DNA of 64,000 nt. It comes from Candidatus Parcubacteria bacterium (GTDB lineage: Bacteria; Patescibacteriota; Patescibacteriia; CAIXNZ01). The position numbers were made by a program, and so were the translations under genes. Under the pieces are notes generated by a model. That model worked only from the letters and a program-made list of their open reading frames with translations. It did not search any database and was not told where the DNA came from. Below are positions 20,614-29,840 of the stretch, in pieces (the first letter of the stretch is position 1; every line of letters starts with the position of its first letter). Location: contig JAPLYG010000001.1 of NCBI GenBank assembly GCA_026395685.1, positions 7,862 through 71,861 of the forward strand, read 5' to 3'.

Positions 20614-21564
20614 ATGCCGAAAACGAACTATTGGGATTTAACCAATAGGCCACATACAAAATTAAAACTGGAGATTTATGAAAAATACCTTAAGTCATGG
20701 TGCCAAATTTTTAAAAAACAGGCATGGGCTAAGGATGTTTTTATAGTAGATTGCTTTGCTGGTAAGGGCGATTACCTTGATAATGGCGCAATCGTGGATG
20801 GTTCTCCTCTCATAACCATAAAAACAGTTAAGGAAATTAATGAGGATTTTAAGAATAACAAAGTCAGGAATAAAGATTATTTTAAAATCAAATGTTTTTT
20901 TATTGAAGAAAATTCTGGTTATGCCAATAATTTAACTAAGCTTTTGGAGCCATATAAGAAGGATGTTGAATTTGAAATAATCAATGATGACTTCAATAAA
21001 GTAATCGCTAGGCTGGTAAAAGATATGGCAAATAAGCCGGCGTTATTTTTTATTGATCCCTATGGCATAAAAAGCGTGAATAAATCTAGCATCTTATCAG
21101 TTATTAATAAACCAGGGGCCAAAGATATTTTATTTAACTATATAAACGAAGGAGTCATCAGGATTGCTGGATTAGCCAAGAAAGTAATAACTAGAGACAT
21201 TGACGATATCACAGTCACGGAACTTAAAACAATAAAGCATTTGCAGAATTTTATTGGCGATAAGTTTTTAGAACTTATTGATAAAAATGACATAGAAATA
21301 CTTAAGTATTATGTTGATAATATTTTAAAAAGCAATAATAACGATACTGCCGGGAAAAATAATCTCGATGTAATCGGCTTTGACATGCCTTACCCCAATA
21401 AAAGCGATACGATTTATTATTTATTGTTTGCGTCAAGAAACAAACAGGCGATGAAAATCGTAAGCCAAGTATATGCTAACAGCAAAAAGGAAAACTTGCA
21501 GAAACAAAAAAGCCTTTTTGATTCTAAAGAGCAATTGAGAATACATAAGGATTTTAAGGTCTAA
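20614..21564 (+). CDS. tcmP: Three-Cys-motif partner protein TcmP (methyltransferase-like fold)
   Basis: HTKLKLEIYEKYL, VDCFAGKG, DGSPL, FFIDPYG and YYLLFASRN. Confidence 0.8.
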   Translation: MPKTNYWDLTNRPHTKLKLEIYEKYLKSWCQIFKKQAWAKDVFIVDCFAGKGDYLDNGAIVDGSPLITIKTVKEINEDFKNNKVRNKDYFKIKCFFIEENSGYANNLTKLLEPYKKDVEFEIINDDFNKVIARLVKDMANKPALFFIDPYGIKSVNKSSILSVINKPGAKDILFNYINEGVIRIAGLAKKVITRDIDDITVTELKTIKHLQNFIGDKFLELIDKNDIEILKYYVDNILKSNNNDTAGKNNLDVIGFDMPYPNKSDTIYYLLFASRNKQAMKIVSQVYANSKKENLQKQKSLFDSKEQLRIHKDFKV

Positions 21565-21599
21565 GTATAAATATGATATAATTAAAACATATAAATCCC

Positions 21600-22439
21600 A
21601 TGCAAAAAATAACCAGAAAATCTCTTTTATATAAAAGCGGTGTTGAATACGCTGATTTTTGCATTAATCATGTAGAGGGATGCTCTCATGGCTGTAAGTT
21701 TCCTTGCTATGCCATGATGATGAAAAAACGATGTGGGGTAATTAAGACTTATAGCGACTGGATCCAACCTAAAATAGTAAGCAACGCCCTGGAATTACTT
21801 GATAAGGAAATCCCCAGGTTGAAACATAAGATTAAAGTAGTTCATCTTTGTTTCACAACTGACCCTTTTATGTATAAACAGCCGGAGATTACAGATTTAA
21901 CTTTGAAAATTATTGAGAAGTTAAATGCTAATGGCATCAGATGCACGGTATTGACTAAAGGAATTTATCCTAAAGAATTGGCAGACACTACGAAATATAG
22001 TCCCAGCAATGAATATGCCGTAACTTTGGTTTCTCTGAATAAAAATTTCAAGGAGCAATTTGAGCCTGGCACAGCTCCTTACGAATCAAGAATAAACGCT
22101 TTAAAATATCTGCATGACAGTGGATTAAACACCTGGGTCAGTATGGAGCCTTATCCAACCCCTAATTTAGTCAGGCAAGACCTGGAGAAAATATTGGAGA
22201 AAATAGATTTTGTCGACAAGATAATTTTTGGCAAATTAAATTATAATGTTAAGGTTACCCAATTCCAAGATAATAAAGATTTTTATGATAATTGCGCCAG
22301 TGTTGTTACAGATTTTTGCACTCAAAATAATATAAGCTATCATATTAAATACGGCACGGCAAAAAAAGATAATTTTAAAACAGAGAAAATTTTCAAAGTT
22401 GCGAGCTGTAATTTAGATCCTGTAACTTTTAATGTTTAA
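21600..22439 (+). CDS. Radical SAM protein (SPL-like/DUF5131-like)
   Basis: GCSHGCKFPCYA three-Cys motif, TDPF, LTKG and SMEP. Confidence 0.8.
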   Translation: MQKITRKSLLYKSGVEYADFCINHVEGCSHGCKFPCYAMMMKKRCGVIKTYSDWIQPKIVSNALELLDKEIPRLKHKIKVVHLCFTTDPFMYKQPEITDLTLKIIEKLNANGIRCTVLTKGIYPKELADTTKYSPSNEYAVTLVSLNKNFKEQFEPGTAPYESRINALKYLHDSGLNTWVSMEPYPTPNLVRQDLEKILEKIDFVDKIIFGKLNYNVKVTQFQDNKDFYDNCASVVTDFCTQNNISYHIKYGTAKKDNFKTEKIFKVASCNLDPVTFNV

Positions 22440-22448
22440 ATATAACTA

Positions 22449-22484
22449 AAAAAGAGACGATTTAAACGCCTCTTTTTTGTTTTA
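22449..22484. terminator. Bidirectional terminator
   Basis: aaaaagagacg-atttaaa-cgcctctttttt between convergent genes. Confidence 0.65.
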
Positions 22485-22485
22485 A

Positions 22486-23946
22486 CTATATTTTTTCTAA
22501 AAACTTTAATATCTCCACCATGGCCATTGTATCCATAAAGCAATAATCCAGCATATCCCTATAAAGTTTATCTTTTTCTTTTTTATCAATATCATGATCA
22601 ATCAAGGTTTTCCAACTATCAGAAGCAGTCCCGCCTTCCTGAATATTTAAATCCTTGTAGGACAATTTGGGAATCAATACGGGCAATACCTTTTTAATAG
22701 ATGCGCTCCCGTGGAAATTCTTATGGACATAATAGCCTTTGCGGAAAATGAGCATTAGATCGTACATTGAATCATTGACTGATTTTAAGAACATAGCATA
22801 TTGCGGAGCCCGTTTTGCCATTTCACTGTTACAGCCCTTTTCAAACATCGCATTCCATGAAATGGCAGTGCCTTTCTTAGATATAAATTTTCTAAGAGCT
22901 TTTAATAAATCTTCAGTCGGATCTTTAAAGTCTTTGGCCAGAAATTCATAATGATTCAGCTTTCCGCCCGGCTTTTCCTGCACATGCAGGGAAAACTGAA
23001 AGACAATGCGCTGATAGGGCTTGTAGCCGTCAAAAAGCGGGATAGCAGGGCTGAATGTCTCGTAATCAAGGAAATAGAGCGGATATTTGAGGTTACTTAG
23101 GTCTTCTTTGATGTTTTCTGGTTCAATATGGACTTTGTTATGCTTAACCACATGTCGGTGCATTAAAGCTCGGTCTCTGGTCAAAAAGTCCTCGGGAACG
23201 TCCTTAATTTCTAAAATATCCTGATCTAGGAGCTCATTTAGCTTTTTCTCGCTTAATCCGCAGGCAATGCTGTAAATTGAGTGGTCTGGCACGTCTTTCC
23301 AGCAGTAATCAATGAATGGGCATTCATAGGGACTATTACATTGCTTTAAGATCCTTATTTGGGGTTCTTTGGGAGATTTGATAAGTTTAAGAGCGGATTC
23401 AATGTTTAGCTTGGTTTCGCTGATCAGATTTCTGACATCAGAAGTAATATCCTCAATCTTTAATAATTTTTTAGGATCAATTTCGCCTTTTCTTACATAG
23501 CTGGTATTGATTACAACCAAATGGGTTTTACCGATTTTATAACCTGCAGATTCAAAACAGACTTTCTGGAAGGACAAGTCAATGATATGGATATCTTTGA
23601 CCTGGGTTGAACTTTTAACTTCGTAAATATCCCACTTGTCTCCGTTCTTAACAAAAATATCAGCCATTGCGTAAAGGCTATTGGCCATGGCAGTGGCTTG
23701 AAAAATAACTTTATTGCCGTCTTTGATCAGTTTGTCAGTATTTTTCTTGGCGGTTTCATAAAGCCCCTCTGCCTTAACTCCCTTAGGAAATAATTTGCGA
23801 GCATAATCTTCAACTTCATAACCTTCGTCAAATATTCTTTGCAATGATTCATCTGTTTCTTCAGGCAACAAATCACGGCGGAATTTATACAGCCAAAGGT
23901 ATTTGTAGCACTGGATATATTTTAGGAATTGGGATTTGGATAGCAT
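22486..23946 (-). CDS. DUF2779-type protein: Cas4-like Fe-S PD-(D/E)XK nuclease fused to an RNase H-like/DEDD exonuclease domain
   Basis: LSKSQF..C, ADIF...YEVKSST, CNSPYECPFIDYC, FLDYET and YCFMDT. Confidence 0.78.
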   Translation of the reverse strand: MLSKSQFLKYIQCYKYLWLYKFRRDLLPEETDESLQRIFDEGYEVEDYARKLFPKGVKAEGLYETAKKNTDKLIKDGNKVIFQATAMANSLYAMADIFVKNGDKWDIYEVKSSTQVKDIHIIDLSFQKVCFESAGYKIGKTHLVVINTSYVRKGEIDPKKLLKIEDITSDVRNLISETKLNIESALKLIKSPKEPQIRILKQCNSPYECPFIDYCWKDVPDHSIYSIACGLSEKKLNELLDQDILEIKDVPEDFLTRDRALMHRHVVKHNKVHIEPENIKEDLSNLKYPLYFLDYETFSPAIPLFDGYKPYQRIVFQFSLHVQEKPGGKLNHYEFLAKDFKDPTEDLLKALRKFISKKGTAISWNAMFEKGCNSEMAKRAPQYAMFLKSVNDSMYDLMLIFRKGYYVHKNFHGSASIKKVLPVLIPKLSYKDLNIQEGGTASDSWKTLIDHDIDKKEKDKLYRDMLDYCFMDTMAMVEILKFLEKI

Positions 23947-23961
23947 AAGCTTGTTTATATA

Positions 23962-25029
23962 TTAACGCAGTTTCTTCAAAACATCCATAACCCCCGACTT
24001 CTCTAATTCAAGTAGAGAATTGTAAATAAAAGTTATTGCCTTTTTTTCTCCACCCTTAATGAATTCGGGGAATGCCATTTCTTTTAAATATGGCCAATGA
24101 ATATCGTTCGGTTGTTTTACGAAAAATGTCTTATCGATTTTCTGCGGTTTTATATTTTTAAACTTTTCAGCGAATTCTTTTTTCCAGATAGCGATACATT
24201 GATAGTAATAAAGTCCATTCGTATAATTTTTTTCATCTATATATAAAGCGAAGCCTAATTCAATCCGTTTAAACCAACTCCATTCGTTTCTGCCAAAAAA
24301 TAAATAGAACAACATGTTGTCACTGCTGAATTTTGGGGTATTGCGTGTCACTTGCAATTTATGTTTCTTTAAAAATCCGATAATCCTTTTGTCTTTGTAA
24401 ATCTGTTTTAAAAAGGCAATTAGTTTTTTATTAAAGCCCAGGAAATTTGTTTTGGAAAGGGCGATGTCTTTCTTATCAAAACCCTGAAATGGTTGCATAT
24501 CTAATTCTTTCATGAATTTTAAAAAATTAGTAATAAAATATTTATTGGTTTTATTAATCTTATTATTATGAAAATAATCGTCCAAAAGATTATAGACCTC
24601 AAACCATTCAAATTGTCCTAGGAATTTGTCGATATTACTTTTAACTTGTATACTGCCCTGATCTTTCGTTATAAAACAAACAAAACCTTTATTCATTCGT
24701 AGATATTTTTCAACTTGTCCAAAATCATCCTCTGTAGCGTCGTCATAATAACGGTTTTCATGAGCATTGACTTTAATTTCAATAAATATTTTCTTATAGT
24801 TTTTATCAGTAACCTGCAAATCAATTATTGAATTGCCATATCTGACTTGGCTTTCTAAGGTAAAAGGAGCTTTAAATACCTGATCGTTACTGATATATTT
24901 TACAAATTTATTTAGAAGATCTGCATCAAGAGAAAGTATGATTTTTAAGCTTTCAGTAAAAAAATTCTCCGCAGGAGTCATTCCCGGCTGAGGCTTGTAT
25001 CTATATAAGGTAGAAAAAATATTTTCCAT
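23962..25029 (-). CDS. PD-(D/E)XK nuclease family protein
   Basis: ENFFTE...IDLQV...FIEIKV...QVEKY; ATG at 25029. Confidence 0.7.
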   Translation of the reverse strand: MENIFSTLYRYKPQPGMTPAENFFTESLKIILSLDADLLNKFVKYISNDQVFKAPFTLESQVRYGNSIIDLQVTDKNYKKIFIEIKVNAHENRYYDDATEDDFGQVEKYLRMNKGFVCFITKDQGSIQVKSNIDKFLGQFEWFEVYNLLDDYFHNNKINKTNKYFITNFLKFMKELDMQPFQGFDKKDIALSKTNFLGFNKKLIAFLKQIYKDKRIIGFLKKHKLQVTRNTPKFSSDNMLFYLFFGRNEWSWFKRIELGFALYIDEKNYTNGLYYYQCIAIWKKEFAEKFKNIKPQKIDKTFFVKQPNDIHWPYLKEMAFPEFIKGGEKKAITFIYNSLLELEKSGVMDVLKKLR

Positions 25030-25050
25030 ATAATAGGTGAAATTTTTGGG

Positions 25051-25219
25051 AAAACAAAAAGGGTCCCACGTCGGTGGCACCCTTTCGGGCGCCCAACAAC
25101 CTTTCGGATGTTGACCATTCGCATAGTGCCGATCATGAGACCGTCTTTATGCGAATGGATTTGAGCGACCATGCCCCAAGGAGGAATCCTTGGGGGTTAG
25201 GTCCAAATTGTATGAAATT
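25051..25219 (-). ncRNA. Candidate structured leader RNA/attenuator
   Basis: 55% GC (83/150 over 25061-25210) in an AT-rich context. Four hairpins, two with GAAA tetraloops, plus a terminator with U-tract; promoter upstream. Confidence 0.6.
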
Positions 25220-25225
25220 ATTCAT

Positions 25226-25254
25226 ATCATACCTTAAAAAATGGTTGCTGTAAA
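25226..25254 (-). promoter_or_regulatory. Sigma70-type promoter
   Basis: TTTACA-17 nt-TATGAT on the minus strand. Confidence 0.6.
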
Positions 25255-25424
25255 GCGGGGTTACCGACAGTTTATCTACTCGGGTTTCAGCAAAAAGTTA
25301 TCCACAATTTAATTTTTGACTTACAAAATCACAAAATTATAACATATCTGATTTTGCTTAATCTTAGATGAATTTTCATGGTTGACTTACGAGATGTAAT
25401 TATCTGAAAAACACGATTATAAAC

Positions 25425-25452
25425 TTGACGGAACTGCTAGTTAAGCTATAAT
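25425..25452 (+). promoter_or_regulatory. Sigma70-type promoter for the methylase-terminase module
   Basis: TTGACG-16 nt-TATAAT. Confidence 0.5.
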
Positions 25453-25782
25453 TAATGTAACAGTTCTTGTGACTAGCTCTTCGAAAACTTAATATCAGCA
25501 ATAAGATATAAGATTTTATAACTAATTAACATTTAAGTTCGGTTTTAAAAAGGAAAAAATCTATAACCCTAATAAAAGGTTTTAGGTTTGAAGTTAAAAT
25601 ATAAGATTTAAAATTAAAATTCTAAAAAAGTTCCAGTCATTTAATATCCCTATAAGATATTAAATTTAATTTTAAACAATCCAGCAATGGGTATATTTTA
25701 ACAACAGACTTAAGGCCTTTTTTTGTTAAAAGCTATCCCCATTGAGGATAGCTTTTTAATTATTTATAATTAATTTTATTTT

Positions 25783-27054
25783 ATGCAAAACTCAGCCAAA
25801 TTAAAAATAGAGTCAATTCCTATTGCTGAACTTAAGGTGGATATTTACAATCCCAGAATCCACACGCCAGAAGCAATAAGCCAGCTAAAAGAGTCAATTA
25901 AAAAGTTCGGCGAAATTTCGCCAATAGTGGCTAATAGTGCTCCCAACAGGAAAAATATTGTAATTTCGGGGCACATGAGAATAAAAGCCTGCTTAGAGTT
26001 AGGGCTTAAGGAAATACCGACAATTTTTGTGAACATCCCCGACATTAATCGAGAAAAAGAATTAAATCTTCGCATGAACCGTACTGGCTCATGGGATTAT
26101 GAACTTCTTAAGAGTTTTGACTTAAATGTCCTTTTGGATGTTGGGTTCGATAACAGTGATTTATCTTTGATATGGGATCAGAACTTGGAAACTGAAGATG
26201 ACAGTTTTGATGTAGAAACGGAATTAAAAGAGATTAAGAAAACAGACATAAAAGTTGGAGATTTATTCCAGATTGGATCTCATAGGATTTTGTGCGGTAA
26301 TTCATTGGATCTTTCAGCAGTAAAAGGGCTTATGGGCGGTAAAAAGACAAGGATGATATATACCGATCCGATCTACAACATCTCTCTGGATTATAACTTG
26401 GGGATTTCTCAGAAACAAAATTATGGCGGACAAACTAATGACAAGAAAACCGATGCTGAATACAAAGAATTTCTGAAAGGAGCTATTTCTAATGGATTGG
26501 CGGTTTCTGAAAAGGATTTACATGTGTTTGTTTACTGTGACCAAAGATATATTGGTTTAATTCAAGATCTTTATCATGAGCTTGGGATAAAGAACCAAAG
26601 GGTCTGCCTTTGGATTAAGAATGGATTTAATGTAACTCCACAAATAGGTTTTAATAAATCATATGAGCCTTGTGTTTATGGAACAATGGGAACGCCTTTT
26701 CTTTCAGACATAAAGAACTTAAGTGAAATTTTAAACAAGGAAATCGGCACAGGAAACAGAACAATTGATGACATCATGGACTTGTTGGATATTTGGCTGG
26801 TTAAACGTTTGCCAGGCCAAGATTACACACACGCCACAGAGAAGCCAACAACTCTCCATGAAAAAGCAATAAAAAGATGTACATCTCCTGGCGATATTAT
26901 TTTAGATCTATTCGCTGGTTCGGGATCAGCCATTATTAGTAGTGAACAACTTAAGCGAGTATGTTACGCCGTCGAGATTGAACCTATCTTCGTACAACTA
27001 ATTATTAACAGGTTTGAAAAATATGCAAACATCAAAGCAAAAAAGCTCAATTAA
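25783..27054 (+). CDS. ParB-N domain plus N6/N4 DNA methyltransferase (phage-type)
   Basis: YNPR...ISGHMR ParB motif, TDPIY, HATEKP and DLFAGSGS. Confidence 0.88.
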   Translation: MQNSAKLKIESIPIAELKVDIYNPRIHTPEAISQLKESIKKFGEISPIVANSAPNRKNIVISGHMRIKACLELGLKEIPTIFVNIPDINREKELNLRMNRTGSWDYELLKSFDLNVLLDVGFDNSDLSLIWDQNLETEDDSFDVETELKEIKKTDIKVGDLFQIGSHRILCGNSLDLSAVKGLMGGKKTRMIYTDPIYNISLDYNLGISQKQNYGGQTNDKKTDAEYKEFLKGAISNGLAVSEKDLHVFVYCDQRYIGLIQDLYHELGIKNQRVCLWIKNGFNVTPQIGFNKSYEPCVYGTMGTPFLSDIKNLSEILNKEIGTGNRTIDDIMDLLDIWLVKRLPGQDYTHATEKPTTLHEKAIKRCTSPGDIILDLFAGSGSAIISSEQLKRVCYAVEIEPIFVQLIINRFEKYANIKAKKLN

Positions 27055-27793
27055 ATATGGTGACATTTTTACGCTAGGCGAACATCTTTTATGTTGCGGA
27101 AATTGTACAGATACGGAATTAGTAAAGAGGTTATTGGGCAATAATAAAATTAAATTAATTTTGGCGGATGTGCCGTATGGCGTGAATTTTACCCAATCAA
27201 AAGAAAGTTTATTGAAAAAAGAGACAAAGCATAAAGATATTGTCGGTGATGAAGATCAAAGCGACGAAAAATACAGTTCCTTCACCCGAGAATGGCTAGA
27301 AGCGATTAAACCTTATTTGGAAAGGAAAAATGCCTTCTATATTTTTAATTCAGATAAGATGATTTTTTCACTCAGACAAGGGATTGAGAATGCTGGTTAC
27401 AATTTTGGGCAGCTTCTAATTTGGGTGAAGAGTCAGGCTGTAATCGGACGAAAGGATTATCTTCCCATGCATGAGCTTATTGCATACGGATGGTGTGGTA
27501 CTCATGAATTTATGAAAAGTAAGGCGAAAAGCGTGCTCTTTTATCCTAAACCTCAAAACAACAATCTTCATCCGACAATGAAACCAATCAGTTTGTTAAG
27601 AGATTTGATTTTGAATAGCACAAGGATTGGTGACATTGTTTATGATGGATTCGTTGGGTCTGGGTCAACTATTTTAAGTTGTGAGCAAACTAAGAGAAAA
27701 TGTTTTGCTTTTGAGATCGAACCCGACTATTGCCGAGTTATTCTTGAGAGATTCGAGAAATTAACAGGCATTAAACCTAAAAAACTAACTTAA
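27023..27793 (+). CDS. N6/N4 DNA methyltransferase (phage-type)
   Basis: ADVPY, HPTMKP and DGFVGSGS; ATG at 27023. Confidence 0.88.
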   Translation: MQTSKQKSSIKYGDIFTLGEHLLCCGNCTDTELVKRLLGNNKIKLILADVPYGVNFTQSKESLLKKETKHKDIVGDEDQSDEKYSSFTREWLEAIKPYLERKNAFYIFNSDKMIFSLRQGIENAGYNFGQLLIWVKSQAVIGRKDYLPMHELIAYGWCGTHEFMKSKAKSVLFYPKPQNNNLHPTMKPISLLRDLILNSTRIGDIVYDGFVGSGSTILSCEQTKRKCFAFEIEPDYCRVILERFEKLTGIKPKKLT

Positions 27794-27797
27794 TACT

Positions 27798-28205
27798 ATG
27801 AAAGATCTAAAAACTAAAGAGTTATTTCTAGACCAGCTTAAGAAGACCCCAATAATTCAGGTCTGTTGTGAAAAAACTGGCATCAGCAGAGCAACACTTT
27901 ATCGCTGGAAAGCAAAGGATAAGGGTTTTGCTGAAAAATTAGATAAAGCCTTAGGCGAAGGCACTGAATTGGTAAATGATTGCGCTGAAAGCATGTTAAT
28001 TTCAGCTATTAAGGATAAAAACATGACGGCCATCACCTACTGGTTAAAAAATAAGTGTCCTGGATATATGCCTAAGCTGGAATTGTCGGGCAAAGTAAAA
28101 GTGGAAAACGAGGCTCTGTCCGAAGAACAGAAGTCTCTAATCAAGAAAGCCCTTGAGCTTTCTGGCTTAAATATTAATGATCCTAAATATGATAAGTACA
28201 AATAA
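27798..28205 (+). CDS. Putative terminase small subunit (HTH)
   Basis: GISRATLYRW HTH and AITYWLKN; directly upstream of TerL. Confidence 0.7.
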   Translation: MKDLKTKELFLDQLKKTPIIQVCCEKTGISRATLYRWKAKDKGFAEKLDKALGEGTELVNDCAESMLISAIKDKNMTAITYWLKNKCPGYMPKLELSGKVKVENEALSEEQKSLIKKALELSGLNINDPKYDKYK

Positions 28206-29760
28206 TTTTGACCCAGAGCTAATAGCCAAAATAATGGTTGATCAAAAAGTCAGACAGGAAATCGCCTACAATTCTCATGTATTGTTCTTCCATATTTATT
28301 TTAGCCACTATGTCCAATATCAGACTGCGGATTTCCAGCGTAATCTATTTGATTTGACGCATGATGCTGAAAATCCGTTATTGTGCGTGCTCGCTTTTAG
28401 GGGTTCAGGCAAAAGTTCTATTATGTCAGTATCATTTCCGATTTGGGCAGTACTCGGCAAATTACAGAAAAAACACGTGGTGTTGATTGCCCAAACAATG
28501 GATCAAGCCAAACAAATGCTATTTAACATAAAAACCGAGCTTGAAAATAACCAGCTGCTTAAATCGGATCTGGGACCATTTAAGGAAGAAGAAGACTGGC
28601 GTTCATATACATTGGTATTATCCAAATATGGTGCGAGAATTTCGGCGCTGTCAACTGAGCAAAGCAGTAGAGGCATCAGACACAGAGAAAACCGTCCTGA
28701 TTTGATTATTTTAGATGATGTGGAAAATTCTTATTCCGTTAAGACCAAAGAGTCGAGAGACAAATTATATAATTGGTTTAATTCTGAAATTGTGCCTTTA
28801 GGCGATAAGCAAACTCAAACTGTGATAATTGGGAATCTGCTTCATGAAGATTCTTTGATGATGAGAATAAAGGAAAGAATTACCAGCGACAATCTTACCG
28901 GCAAATTTGTAGAAATACCGATTGTTTATAAAGATGGAAAGATTGCCTGGCCGGGAAAGTATCCGACGATGGCTGATATTGAAAATCTAAAAAAAAGAAT
29001 GCCCGATCCCGCCATCTTTGCTTTGGAGTATGAATTAAGAAAAATTGATGATGGAGATAGAATAATTCATCAGGAATGGATTAAAACTTATGCTAATCTT
29101 CCAGATCCCAATGATAAAACACATAGATACTTATTCACCGTCTCAGGAATTGATCCTGCGGCTTCGACTGATAGCGGAGCATGCTTTACGGCAATAATTT
29201 CTGCTCATATCTACCAAATTCGCGAAAGGCTTAAAATTTTTATTTTGCCTAATCCATTAAACAAAAGGCTGACATTCCCTCAGTTGATAGAGCAGATAAA
29301 ATTATTGGATATACGATTAAAAAGGGAGAAACATAAATTATTTATCGAAGATGTTGGCTATCAAAAAGTATTAATTCAGGAATTGTCTTCTCAGTATTTT
29401 GCCGTAGAAGGAATAAAAGTTGGCTCTCTTAATAAGTATGAAAGATTAAAGTTGACCAGCAATGCGGTTTTTGACGGGACTGTTTTGTTTCCTGAAAAAG
29501 GCTGTGAAGCGTTAATAAATCAGATTGTTAATTTCGGCGTAGAAAGATATAAGGATCTGGCAGATGCCTTTTCGCTATTAATTAACCAGCTGATATCCGC
29601 TAATTATAAGCAGAACGAACTTTATGTGACAACAGGAAATTTTACTCATATAAATATCCCCGGTCAAGACCATTTCACTGAACAGTCAAAGGCGGCAAAG
29701 ATAGCTGAATATAAAAGGTTACAGGATAAAATTAACAGAGACGGGTTTCTGTATTTTTAG
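28177..29760 (+). CDS. Phage terminase large subunit
   Basis: Walker A AFRGSGKS, Walker B LIILDDVE, RNase H-like GIDPA...DLADA. Confidence 0.88.
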   Translation: MILNMISTNNFDPELIAKIMVDQKVRQEIAYNSHVLFFHIYFSHYVQYQTADFQRNLFDLTHDAENPLLCVLAFRGSGKSSIMSVSFPIWAVLGKLQKKHVVLIAQTMDQAKQMLFNIKTELENNQLLKSDLGPFKEEEDWRSYTLVLSKYGARISALSTEQSSRGIRHRENRPDLIILDDVENSYSVKTKESRDKLYNWFNSEIVPLGDKQTQTVIIGNLLHEDSLMMRIKERITSDNLTGKFVEIPIVYKDGKIAWPGKYPTMADIENLKKRMPDPAIFALEYELRKIDDGDRIIHQEWIKTYANLPDPNDKTHRYLFTVSGIDPAASTDSGACFTAIISAHIYQIRERLKIFILPNPLNKRLTFPQLIEQIKLLDIRLKREKHKLFIEDVGYQKVLIQELSSQYFAVEGIKVGSLNKYERLKLTSNAVFDGTVLFPEKGCEALINQIVNFGVERYKDLADAFSLLINQLISANYKQNELYVTTGNFTHINIPGQDHFTEQSKAAKIAEYKRLQDKINRDGFLYF

Positions 29761-29840
29761 TTATCAACAATGCCTCCTGGACTCAGCAAAGCCGTTGCGT
29801 CATCCCTTGTCTTAGGTAATAACTATTAACCTTAAGACCT

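Noticed and set aside
24978-25172. 64-aa ORF and GTG-start extension across the structured leader
   Set aside because: It overlaps the nuclease start and runs through a terminator. RNA structure explains the GC content better, although a leader peptide is not excluded.
25051-25219. Retron msr-msd, HDV-like or hammerhead ribozyme, or tracrRNA
   Set aside because: No reverse transcriptase, Cas or IscB/TnpB gene nearby, and I could not build the ribozyme core pairings.
20532-25306. Chromosomal origin suggested by DnaA boxes
   Set aside because: Only two isolated TTATCCACA matches about 4.8 kb apart, with no cluster and no dnaA/dnaN.
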